The notes under the pieces: model-generated | What the model saw: the letters and a program-made list of their open reading frames with translations, nothing else | Databases searched by the model: none | Told to the model about the DNA's origin: nothing | Shown: piece by piece, positions 26,349-38,521 of the stretch | How the letters are laid out: each line of letters begins with the position of its first letter | Position numbering within the stretch: the first letter of the stretch is position 1 | Position numbers and translations under genes: made by a program | Assembly (NCBI GenBank): GCA_030390025.1 | Contig: CM059432.1 | Span: forward strand, 50,904,001 to 50,968,000 | Reading direction: 5' to 3' | DNA: 64,000 bases | Origin: Squalus acanthias | Taxonomy: Eukaryota

Positions 26349-27750
26349 TAGAATCATAGAATCATTGAATGGTTACAGCACGGAAGAAGGCCATTCGGCC
26401 CATCAAGCCCGTGCCGACTCTCAGCTAGTCCCACTCCCCTGCCCTTTCCCCGTAGCCCTCAAATTTTTTTCCTTCAAATACTTATCCAATTCACTTTTGA
26501 AAGATAAGATTGAGTCTGCTTCCACCACCCTTTCAGGAAGTGCATTCCAGATCTTAACCACTCGCTGCGTAAAAAAGTTTTTTCTTACATCGCCTTTGGT
26601 TCTTTTGCCAATCACCTTAAATCTGTGTCCTTTGTTTCTCGACACTTCCGCCAATGGGAACAGTTTCCCTCTATCTACTCTGTCCAGACCAATCATGATT
26701 TTGAACACCTCTATCAAATCTCCTCTCAATCTTCTCTGCTCCAAGGAGAACAACCCCAGCTTCTCTAGTCTATCAACGTAGCTGAAGTTCCTCATTCCTG
26801 GAATCATTCTCGTAAATCTCTTCTGCACCCTCGCTAAGGCCTTCACATCCTTCCTAAAGTGTGGTGCCCAGAATTGAACACAATACTCCAGTTGGGGCCG
26901 AACCAGTGTATATACAGGTTCATCATAATTTCCACACTTTTGTACTCTATACCTCTATTTATGAAGCCCAGGATCCCGTAAGCCTTTTTAACTGCTTTCT
27001 CAACCTGCCCTGCCACCTTCAATGATTTGTGCACATATACCCCCAGGTCTCTCTGTCCGTGCACCCCCTTCAGGATTGTACCATTTAGTTTATATGTCCT
27101 CTCCTCATTCTTTCTACCAAAATGTATCACTTCACACTTTTCTGCGTTAAATTTCATCTGCCTCATGTCCGCCCATTTCACCAGCCTGTCTATGTCTTCT
27201 TGAAGTCTATCACTATCCTCCTGACTGCTCACTATACTTCCAAGTTTTGTGTCATCTGCAAATTTTGAAATTGTGCCCTGTACTCTCAAGTCCAAGTCAT
27301 TAATATATATCAAGAAAAGCAGTGGTCCCAGTACCGACCCCTGGGGAACACCACTGTATACCTTCATCCAGCCAGAAAAACAACCGTTCACCACTACTCT
27401 CCATTTCCTGTCACTTAGCCAATTTTGTATCCATGCTGCCACTGTCCCTTTTATTCCATGGGCTTCAACTTTGCTGGCACTTTGTCGAACACCTTTTGGA
27501 AATCCATGTACACTACGTCAACCGCATTACCCTCATCAACCCTTTCTGTTACCTCATCAAAAAACTCGATTAAGTTAGTTAAACACGATTTGCCTTTAAC
27601 AAATCCATGCTGGCTTTCCTTAATTAATCCACACTTGTCCAAGTGACTGTTAATTTTGCCCCTGATTACTGTTTCTAAAAGTTTCCCCACTACCGAGGTT
27701 AAACTGACAGGCCTGTAGTTGCTGGGTTTATCTTTACACCCTTTTTTGAA
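26349..27750 (-). mobile_element. CR1 LINE, 5'-truncated and frameshifted
   Basis: ORFs 27451..27690, 26843..27442 and 26421..26846 carry RT motifs; (ATTCTATG)n tail. Confidence 0.95.
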
Positions 27751-29833
27751 TGTAATTATCTCTTATGCCACATAATCTTCAATGTTATAAAGATAGCTAA
27801 CTATACTGGTGTTTCTCTGTTGCTTCATGTTCCTTTAAGTTACACTGTTCCAAAGCAGTTTGAGAGCCTGGCCCTTTTGCATAGAATCTGCTCTTTAGTG
27901 TTATCGGGGACTGGCATCATAATCTTTGAAATGTAAAACCCAGGAACAAGGGAGAGACACTAGCAAGTGACCAGGTATATCCTTTCAAAACGCTTAAGCC
28001 TTGAAATTGTGAGGCTTACTGTCTATGCAGGGCCTTGCCATGGGCAAGCTCGGATCATGATTTGTGGCATGCATGGACTTGTACCTGAGTGACTGTGCAC
28101 TCCAATTTGCAGTAGTTAGAAAACCGGGCCTAAGAGAGCCTGTATTGCTGCATCCTTATAAACAAAATTATTATAATGAGGACCTTAAGATGGTCCATCC
28201 CAACTGAAGCGGTCCACACTAAGGAGAAATAAAGTACTCCAGATTTAGTTAGTGATACTTACATAATGATTTGCTCCTACTGTCTACCAGCAAGCTTCCC
28301 CTTGCTGACCCTATAAAAGTATACTGCTTCTCATGCTTACCCGACTAATATGTCTAAGAAAGCTGAATATGAGGAGCATGGTGGCAGGCTGCTGTTGGTC
28401 AATGCAAACCTCAAGGAATGAAGGTGGCATTGCACCTCTAGTGCCAATTACAAGAAGGCCTTCCTGCTAACTGGCACTTCTTCCATCCCTTGAGGGGGTT
28501 GGGTTGGATGAATATGCAGTTATTATCAGAAGAGCCTGCTTCATCCATCCCTTCTGCAATGCCAGAGATGCTGGGCAGGTCTGCATGAGAGCAGACCATA
28601 GGATACCACTGAGGAGTGTGAAGCCCACCATGACTTTCTTCAGTCAATCCCCAGCATAGCAAATCTGGCAGCCATGGACTCCAGTAAGTTGGAGCTCGAG
28701 CCTCTGTAGCCCCAGTCATAATGTTCTTGGGCTACTCTCTAGTGGCAGTGAAGGTGCCATTTGTTCCATGATGCAATGTGGTTGTGAAAATCCTTTGCAT
28801 ATTGCTGCCAGGAGGTCAGAGTTGCACTCCTGCAAATTCACCAATAACCCTTGCAGGTGCCCAGCATTGCCCTAAAGGATGGCATGAGTTTCTTTTGGTC
28901 CTTGATTAATTCTCTTCTGAAGGTCAGAAAAGTAGGGTATCAATCCCTTGCCCATGTATCTGAGGAATACCTCAGGCTGCAAGCCTGGGCAACTGCTTGC
29001 TGTTCCACCACTGCCACTTCCCTTTATGCCTCCTCACTTCTGATCTATGCTTCCCTTCTTGAAACTCACTATCTAAATGCCACGGGTGTTTGAACGGTGA
29101 TGGTGCTTGTGGTAGATGGAGTGCGAGACATGACATGCTGTGAAGTGGTCTGTTCCTGTCTGCCACTCTTCGGTTTTGCTAAACTTTGAATGAACCTATT
29201 AGAAAAAGAAATTAAAATGTATTACAATGGTTTCATATACCTTGTAACAGAGATGGGATGCTATGCTACTGCTGTGTAATGTGTGCCTCTACATTACTGA
29301 GTGAGAGTGAGAAATGGTAACAATGAGAGAAGGAAAATATTTGCTGGATGGGGGCAATACTCCTCCATACTCTTGGACCCCATGTCCTTCCATGTATTGA
29401 GGACCAACTATGCAAAGTGCCATCTTCACATTTTGTATCAGCTTATTAAACTATGGTGATACCCACATCCATGTGTGGTCACTCCCTGTCATTATCAGCA
29501 ACCTTTTCCTGGAGGCACCCACAAGACATCCAGATGTTAAAAATTGGCAGAGTGTTCAGACAGACAGCCCTGTGGCCAGTGCCCTCCTTGTGAGTGCAAA
29601 CCAATGCAGCATGCATTTAGGTTCTAATGGCAGCGAAGGTTTAGAGCAGACTTTTACATTTAGATGTTATGGTACAAACTGGTTATGCACTGTGCAAAAA
29701 GTTGTGCCTTGCAGTTTTTCCACAACTCTACAAAGAAAGGGAAAGTTTGGGTTTGGATGTATTTACATGGTACCTTCCCGAGGGTGCTGCAACTTATAAT
29801 TTTGGCTCGTGCCATATGTACAACGTTCCAACA

Positions 29834-30097
29834 TTAATAAAGTTTAGGAAGTTCTGGACAGTGACTTTGGCAGCCCTTCTGATTCCATTGAATTTTTTCT
29901 TGGAAGACTGCACTCACACTCTCTGCTGCATCCGTCCATGGAACTTGCACCTCTGCTTTCACTGAAAGTTGGCCTTCGGCTCCAAAGAGCACCACCCATC
30001 TTTGCTGCATCTCCTGCATTAAAACCACCATTGATTTTTCCTGAATAGGGGCAGTTTGTCCTGCTTTGCCACTTGGCTGCATTGTAGCTTCCACCAA
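29834..30097 (-). pseudogene. Ancient Harbinger Myb/SANT remnant
   Basis: VVLMQEMQQRWVVLFG...W..AAESVSA resembles LVDAVERRRCMLFP...WREVAQSVS of copies A and B. Confidence 0.5.
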
Positions 30098-30804
30098 AAC
30101 TTATTTCCAAATTCAGAAAGATCCATTTACCTTTAAGGGCTGCTGTGTCACCGAAAACCTTGCCCCCACCCAAACAATGGTGCTCCAATCCCAGCTCTCA
30201 GTGCCCATTTTCCTGGTGCTGGGAGTTTATTATATTTAGAAGGAAGAGCTAGCCTCACGGTTTCTGGTGAGCTTAGCATTCCCTGGTGCCAGCGTGGGTC
30301 TGCCCGTGCTACAGGTAGGCTCAGACCCAAAATTGTCAGTCATAATTTCAATGTTTTAGAATTTTGTGGCAATTTACACAAATACTGTTTGCTATAATGC
30401 AGTGTTAACTGTCCCCTTAGCGAAAGATCTGAATGGGTATCAAAATAATTGAAGGTTTTGGCAATAAGTAAGGCAGAGATTACCAAATACACTATGGAAC
30501 ACCTCGGCTCTAGACATGTTGGGATCACTGGAATGCAATTGATGGAATGCAACTGGTCATGGTATTATAAATGTTTTATTATATCTTGACTTTCTTGTTG
30601 GGGGGGGCCACTGGCAGAATTTCCCAGCGTTTTCTCTCTTTGAGCAGTTTACCTATGACTACTTGCTTCCCTCAAGAAATTAGGGTCACTCAATCATAGT
30701 GCAAATTGTGTCTCATGGTCCTTTTGAAAGAGTTGACACGTTGGGCTGAAAGAATGTTTTCTCCTGTTCCGCAATGATTCTTCTGTTTTGTGTTACTCCA
30801 TCAC

Positions 30805-31152
30805 CATTGTACTGTGGCTGTAGTATGTATTATCTACAGGATGCACTGCAGCATCTCAGCAAGCTTATTTAGACAGCATCTCCAGCTCCCCAATCTCTAC
30901 CACCAGTAAGATTGTAGCAACACCATTACCTCCAAGTTCCCCTCCAAGTCACACACCATTCTGACTTAAATATATAATTGCTGTTCCTTCATCTTTGCTG
31001 GGTTAAAATCCTGGAATTTCCTACCTAACACCATTGTGAGAGCACCAAGACTTCAGCAGTTCAAGAAGAAGGCTCACCACTACCTTCTCAGAGCCACTAG
31101 GGATGGGCAATAAATGCAGCCTTGCTTAGTATCGCCCACATCCCGAGAACAA
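30805..31152 (+). mobile_element. LINE 3' end fragment (second copy at ~62010-62420, minus strand)
   Basis: Shared sequence CAGGATGCACTGCAG...CAGTTCAAGAAG...GGGATGGGCAATAAATGC...CCCACATCCC occurs at both sites. Confidence 0.55.
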
Positions 31153-32952
31153 ATGGTATAGATTTTGAGGCCTCTCGTCTGATGAAAACGGGGTGGCAGT
31201 GCCTCGAAAATGATGGAGTTTGACTTACCGCCCCTTTCCTGCCATCACTGTGGCCACTGCAATCTTCCCCAGGGCCTACTTCTGGGTGGCACGAGCACCA
31301 GCCAGGGTCGGGTGATGCGCCCATTAATGTCATAGGACCTTGTTTGCCTTTTCAGGACAGTATTGGGCGGAGCGGCGCTGTGTATGCTCTGCCCATTATC
31401 AGCTGGTGGGCCAGCCAAAGAGAGGTGTTTATTTTTGATGGGCCGGGAGGAGCAGGGGTGCTTCTTCCCACTCCACTAAGCCAGCCTGGGCTGCGGCTGC
31501 TCCAGATACCCTCATGTAGTGAGATCAGCCGGCGGCCTCCCCAGGAGGCCCAATTTCCACCCACAAACTGCCGGCCAAATGCTAATGAGGCCCTGGCCCT
31601 CAAAATAGACTTGTCCTCCAGCCGGGACTATCAGGCGGCCAGCTGGCACTCTGCTGGCCGAATGCTCAGTGTGAAAACCTATCCCAATGAGTTTGTATAA
31701 TCGCCGTGCAATGCCGAATTGACGCACGCTGAGTGATTTTGGACGTCGTTGCTCCTTTTACCGCCCTCTCCAAAGCAGCCGTTGCCAGCACGTAGACCCA
31801 GGAGAAAGCGGCAGAGATCTATAGATCTCTGAGAAGTCTTCAATAACTATACAGAGTATGAGCAGCCCCACCGAACCTAGCCTCTGTGCATTCCTCACTG
31901 ATCACTGTTTCAAATAATTTTGACATTGTTTGCACTAGATGGTGTAATCAGAAATTTTATGACACATGTAGCATGACTTTTTGTAAATTCAAGTATTTGG
32001 AACCTCAAACTGCTAGAATAATTCCACCCAAATTGCAGTTATTTAATCAGTTAATGATGACTTTTTTTGATTGATAACTGTGCTTGACAAATTAGCCGGC
32101 TAAATATTTGAGACCGTCAGCAGTTGAATTAAACATAGAATTCAGTTAAACTGCAGGTTTGCATTCTTTAAAATCTGACAGAATATTGTATTTTTAGGCT
32201 TTGATTTATCTTGCATATCCTCTGTCAAGCTACAAACAAAGCAGGAAACACTGCACTTCACTTTCAGAAATCGCGATTTCCTGATAATGCCGCACAGATA
32301 CTTCATACCAGACCTTCTGCCTCCCACTGATCTTAGTGGCTGAAAGAGCACGTTGCAAGGTAGATTCTGCGCTGCGCTCATTTAAATCAGCAGGCAGCAC
32401 CAAAATAACATAATATTTTTACATAATTAAAAACCTGGTATATCCCACCCATAGTGCTTGCAGAATGATAAATCAGTTGTCATATTTCAATGACTGACTT
32501 AGTAACGACTATTTGTTTAGCTAACCAGCTAATTTGTTTAAAACATCCATTTGTCACTGGACAGATTGAAAAAGCAATTGCTACCAATCAGGAACCAGCA
32601 ACTTTCAGGAAACCAACTGATCAAATTGCTCAATTCATTTTCAAAGTTGTTTCAGCAGAAATGTTGCTTCCTAAGCTGCTGTAAAATATAATGCTAATAA
32701 CTGCATTTACAAAATATTATATATTGTAATATATTTTATATATTACAAAAGTAATATATAAAAAATTAGACCATTGATTAAAAAAATTATTAAATTTACC
32801 TATTACAATTCTCTGCAGCAACTGCTCCCACACAGGCCTACCCTTCTTTCTGGGGCCTGGAGCTTGAGTTCTGCAATATTCCCAGAAATGCAAATCTTCA
32901 TCTCTGTCTTTCCTGCTGACAATTCCCCGGTTTTGTGCAGGCATGAGCTCAG

Positions 32953-33415
32953 TGTCAGCCGTGGCACAGTTGGTAGCACCCTCGCCTCTGAGTTAGAGGG
33001 TTGTGGGTTCAAGTCCCACTCCAGAGACTTGAGCACATAAATCTAGGCTAACACTCCAGTGCAGTACTGAGGGAGTGCTGCACTGTCAAAAGTGCCGTCT
33101 TTCGGATGAGATGTTAAACCGAGGCCCGTCTACTCTCTCAGGTGGACATAAAAGATTCCATGGCACTATTTCGAAGAAGAGCAGGGGAGTTATCCCTGGT
33201 GTCCTGGCTAATATTTATCCCTCAATCAACATCCCTAAAAGAGATTATCTGGTTATTATCACATTGCTGTTTGTGGGATCTCGCTGTGCGTAAATTGGCT
33301 GCCACGTTTCCTACATTACAACAGTAACTACACTCCAAAAAGTACTTCATTGGCTGTAAAGCACTTTGGGATGTCCAGTGGTCGTGAAAGGCGCTATATA
33401 AATGTCTTTATTACT
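32953..33415 (+). mobile_element. tRNA-derived Deu-domain SINE
   Basis: A/B boxes, central domain and tail as at 14408; the best-preserved copy. Confidence 0.82.
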
Positions 33416-33532
33416 TTTTTCTTTTTTTACTGCTGCTTTGGGAATGTATGGCTTTGTCCTGTTCCTTCTGGATTGTGCATTCGGGATTCAGGCTCCAGCC
33501 TTTCTCACTCCTTGTCAGGCTGCAGAGGCGAT

Positions 33533-34936
33533 GGCCTAGAAATTCGATCGTGTCCGGAAACGAGTGAGCAAGGGTAGGGGCGCTCGCTGCACGCACTTGT
33601 TCAGGTGGTCCCAGGGAGCATGTGAAATTGGTGCTGGGACCTCATTATAATGATTCAGACATGCAGCCAGCATTCCCCACGCTATTCATTGGCTGCGCTG
33701 CTTTCTTTGAGGGGGGGTGGGGGTGGAATCAGGCGTCTCTCATGCCACATAAAGGAGAAGTGGACACTGGATGCAGACAATAGGGAAATTTCCCAGATTG
33801 GAAAAAAATTGCTGGAAGAGGTCCTGAGAGCGTACCCAGATACTTTGATACAGCATTGGAGGCTATGGTGCAGGCGGTGTACAGGGAAAGGGAGATCCTG
33901 TTTCCCCCAGGGGGCGGAAAGCCCTCCAGACAACACCGCCATTGCCATTGGAAAGAGTTTGCAGAGGAGGTCAATGCCAGGAACTTAGATTCCAGAATGT
34001 GGCTGCAATGCCAAAAGAACTTATATGACCTCACCAGAGTTGTCAACATAAGAATACTGCTCTCTTATTCTCTGCTCACATCTCCATCATCCTCAGCCTC
34101 ACTACTCACAACACTCGCCTCCCCTGCTTCCCTTCACTCTCCGACAATCATTGCACCACATTTCACTCCACCTCCTTCTCATACTCACACTCACCAATAT
34201 TGCAACCCTCACTTCCCCACACCTCTCATCTTACATACGATAGACAGACTATTTGACCATGACAGGCACATTCTCTAAACACCTCACAGGACAGTCATTA
34301 ACACACTCCCTTCTTTCTTGCAGGAGAATGTCACGCACAACTTGTAACAGCAGATGACCACCAGAGGAGGCTGAACTCGTCTGCACATTCGCTGCCCTGT
34401 GAAAGATAGCGTGCTAGCCACCACAAGTGGGGCAGGAGTCATGGCAGTGTTGAGTGGCAATGCTGGAGAAGATGTCGTGCAGCCAAAAACAGTGCAGCAT
34501 CAGCAAAAATTCTTCTCAAAAGTCAGAAATCAGTTGTAGAAGTGAGAAAACAGACCAAAAAATATCCAAAAGTTAACCAGCAGCCTAAAAGGACGAACCA
34601 GCAACAAATCTGTATGTAGTGGATGAGGCCTTTAAATAGGGCCCTTGTTGACTGTTAGTGTCATGAGATGCTGAGCGAGTTTACCATGTGACGAGTAAGG
34701 CACTGGTGCAGATCCATTTCACAAAAGGGTCCTACAACAAGCGTAGGATCCTTATTTAAATACTTGAATTATTGTTTTGAATACTTCCAGCACGCCTACA
34801 GAGGAGCCTGATCCAATATATTGGGTGGCGCACTGCCAGCGTCGGAAGGGCGCATGTGTGCCACCCAACATATTGGACGCTTAGGCGCCTGCTTTATGCC
34901 TGTAAAATGAGCATGGCGCCAACAAATTTATAGGCC
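33533..34936 (+). mobile_element. Old Harbinger derivative retaining a Myb/SANT remnant
   Basis: Termini GGCCTAGAAATT...AATTTATAGGCC. The ORF at 33856 (EAMVQAVYREREILFP...WKEFAEEV...WLQCQKNLYDLTRVV) is followed by an exon-2-like acceptor TTCTTGCAG at ~34323. Confidence 0.75.
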
Positions 34937-35734
34937 ATTATTTGCTATTACTTTTAAACTGTTATAAGTCTCGTTTCTCCAGAAACAAATCCCTGTGTGG
35001 TTGCCCTCATTACAACATTTCTTGAATTATATTTTCCGTCTTTTATAACCCCACATTTACAGAATCCCATATGAAATGAACAAAAACACCCCAGATTGTC
35101 TAGCGATCCAGTATGCAGATCTGATCAGAGCAGAACAAAAAAAAAGTTGGGTCATTTTATGGTTTGATTAAGATTATGAATAGGGTTTGGGTTTGTAGGA
35201 TGCACACATTACAACTTGTGCATTAATTTCATTCTCCTTAGTGGAAATGAGAATGATGCAAATGGCACATTCTTGTGTGAATCAAGTGCATAAACTTTCA
35301 TCAGCTTTCAAATCAGCAGAGCTGCAAAGAGCAATTTATACATTTGTGTAAAAAGTTGCTCGCTTATCTATATTGACCCAAAGACATTTTTAAAAACAAT
35401 TTTAGTTTTTATAATCTATCTTTTCTCTTTTCAGACACTGATACTGTGTATTTACAGCATTTTCCATTTTCTGGTAATTTGTCATTGGTTTCAGTGTAAA
35501 TGTACAAAGGAACCAACAAACTGTAGCACTATCTTACCAATTACATTGTGTGCAGTGCAAAACTCATCTTGTAGCTTTTTCAAGGAGAGGAGATGCTACA
35601 GTAACATATTTACCATAGTTCCAAAAGGTTACAAAGCTGGACTACAATCACTAACAGAAAATTATCTCTTTTTATTTTACAGTTGGGAATAGAAAGAATG
35701 AGCTTGAATTTACATAGCAATTTACTTATCACAC

Positions 35735-36554
35735 GCCAAAGTGGACTGGGATCAGCTACTTGTAGGAAAATCCACATCAGAGCAGTGGGAGTCATTCAGA
35801 AAGGAGATAGAGAGAGTACAGCGCCAACATGTTCCCGTAAAGGTCAAGGGTGGGACGAACAAGTCCATGGAACCCTGGATGTCAAGGGATATACAAGAAT
35901 GGATTAGGAAAAAAAGGGAGGCTTTTGGCAGATACAAAGGACTAAAAGCCCTAGAGGAGTATAGAAAGTGCAGGGGGGTACTTAAAAAAGAAATTAGGAG
36001 AGCAAAGAGGAGGCATGAAAAAACACTGGCGGGCAAAATAAAGGAAAATCCCAAGGTGTTTTATAAGTATATTAAGGGCAAGAGGATAACCAGGGAAAGA
36101 GTAGGGCCCATTAGGGACCAAAGTGGCAATCTGTGTGTAGAGCCGAAAGATGTAGGTGAGGTTTTAAATGAATATTTTGCATCTGTGTTCACTATGGAGA
36201 AGGACAATGTAGGCATAGAAATCAGGCAGGGGGATTGTGATATACTTGAACAAATTAGTATTGAGAGGGAGGAGGTACTAGCGGTTTTAGCGGGCTTAAA
36301 AGTGGATAAATCCCCAGGCCCAGACGAGATGTATCCCAGGCTGCTGTGTGAGGCAAGGGAGGAGATTGCAGGGGCTCTGACACAAATTTTCAGAACCTCT
36401 CTGGCCACAGGGGAGGTGCCAGAGGACTGGAGGACAGCTAACATAGTATCATTATTCAAGAAGGGTAGTAGGGATAAACCAGGGAATTACAGGCCAGTGA
36501 GCCTAACATCAGTGGTAGGGAAATTATTTGAAAAAATTCTGAGGGAAAGAATTA
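35735..36554 (+). mobile_element. CR1 LINE, 5' part (split by Harbinger copy A)
   Basis: ORF from 35741 (KSPGPDEMYPRLL...NYRPVSLTS); the frame LRERI|SLHLERQG continues at 40706. Confidence 0.95.
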
Positions 36555-37066
36555 GCGGTAAAAATTCACTTGGTTGCGCCTCCCGTTAGCGCCTTAAGAG
36601 GGCGCTAATGGGGCGTTAAGCCGCTAACGCCCGGGCGCAGCGCTGTTTGCGCCGCTCGAGAACTTAACTTGAGATTGCGCGGCAGCGCTAAAACTTACCG
36701 CTGCGACCACCTGCGCGCGCAGATTGTGACGTCATTCCATGGTGCAACGCCCTTGGGGCGCCCCGGAGCGGAAATTGAGTGGCGCCCCCTGCCTTACCGC
36801 CTGGCGCTTCCAACGACCGGAAGACTGGAACGTTATCAATCGGTGTGGGGCTGGGGGGGGCGCTATTTAAAGGGGGCCTCTTCCTGTCTTTTTCTGTGGT
36901 CGACATTTATGCACCACTCGTTCTGAGAGAGAGAGAGAGATTCGGAGAGAGAGAGAGAGAGACTTCTACATTGACTCAACGCTTTGTGAGGTAGTTTGTC
37001 CTAGTTCATCCTAACTTTGTTGCTACTTTAGTTGCTGTACCTCATTACTTTTCTGGCAAAGAGAAT

Positions 37067-38227
37067 ATGGGGGCTGCAATGATTGGGGGCGTCGTCCTGC
37101 TCCAGCTGAATCGGAGGATAGTGAGACGCAGACAGAGAGTGGCAATGATGGCCAGACGGAGGAGGGCCATCAGGCGCATGTACAGGAGAGCTTACCCTCC
37201 CAGGGTATATCGTGAACAGCTCTCCTACATCCATATGTCCGAGGAGCTGTGTTTGCGAAGGCTGTGATTCAGCAAGGAGGTGGTCACTGAGCTCTGCCAC
37301 CTGCTGCAGCCAGATCTGCAGCCTCAGCTGAGGTCCAGGACGTCTCTGTCGGTGGCAGTGAAGGTCACAGTGGCTTTGAACTTCTACGCCACTGGCTCAT
37401 TCCAAGCTGCTGTTGGGGACCTCGCCAATATCTCCCAGTTTGCGGTGCATCGCTGCATCCGGCAGGTCACCAATGCCCTCTTCAGAAGGAGACGAGACTT
37501 CATCTCTTTCCCTATGACCCCAGACAAGCAGCATGACCGTGCTATGGGCTTTGCGAGGGTAGCGGGCTTCCCCATGGTGCAGGGCGCCATTGACTGCACG
37601 CATGTGGCTTTGCGTGCTCCGCGAGAGAATGCAGAGGAATTCAGGAACAGAAAGGGGTTCCATTCCTTGAATGTGCAGTTGGTCTGTGACCACAGACAGG
37701 TGATTCTCGCTGTCAATGCCCACTATCCGGGCAGCTGCCACGATGCTTTCATCCTGCGCCAGACTACTGTGGCAGAACTTTTCGAGGCACCGCATCAGCC
37801 AGTTGGTTGGCTTCTGGGGGACAAGGGGTACGCATTGAGCACCTGGCTGATGACACCGCTCCGTACGCCAAACACCCCTGCTGAGCTGCGGTACCAGGAA
37901 AGCCATCAAGCAACCAGGAACATTATTGAGCGCACAATTGGCGTGCTGAAACAACGGTTCCGCTGTCTGGACCATTCCGGAGGAGCCCTGCAGTACTCGC
38001 CTGAGCAAGTTTCGAACTTCGTAGTCGTGTGCTGCATGTTGCACAACATGGCAATCCTCAGGACCCAGCCAATGCCACCAGGCCTTGTAGCACCACCAGA
38101 GGAGGAGGAGGAAGAGGAGGAACAGGACGAGGACGATGATCATCAGCAGCACCAAGGCAGGAGGGCGGCCCACAATGGTCAAACTGCAAGGGCCGTCCGT
38201 CAACGACTAATAGCAAGCCGCTTCTAG
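37067..38227 (+). pseudogene. Harbinger DDE transposase (HARBI1-like, 386 codons) with one premature stop
   Basis: Motifs GAIDCTH, GSCHDAFI, LLGDKGY, RNIIERTIG, CCMLHN and an acidic tail. TGA at 37265-37267 is CGA in copy B. Confidence 0.93.
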
Positions 38228-38521
38228 GGCCCCTGCCATTGCTACAAACACTAATCAACCCAGCACGCAACCCCTAAGCCGGCCAAGGCACCAATAATTC
38301 CAACCACCAGCCATGTATATTTTGAATACAGAAACTTATTTATTTTACAAACTCTGTGTGTGTCAATTCCTCATGACAAACTCATAGAAATAAACACAAA
38401 AATACAGTCAATAACATAACTGGTTCTCACAACCTGGAGATAATGTCCAAAACACTAAACAAAAGTTGGACCATGAACCTCGGCCTTTAATAAAAAAATG
38501 ACCAGCATTTTGGCACACCTC

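Noticed and set aside
32953..33030. tRNA genes at SINE heads (also 14410, 47690 and 59840)
   Set aside because: They are continuous with SINE bodies and tails; no complete cloverleaf is evident
37397..38203. Long antisense ORFs to the transposase (also 44599..45471)
   Set aside because: Shadow frames of GC-rich coding sequence with no recognisable domain
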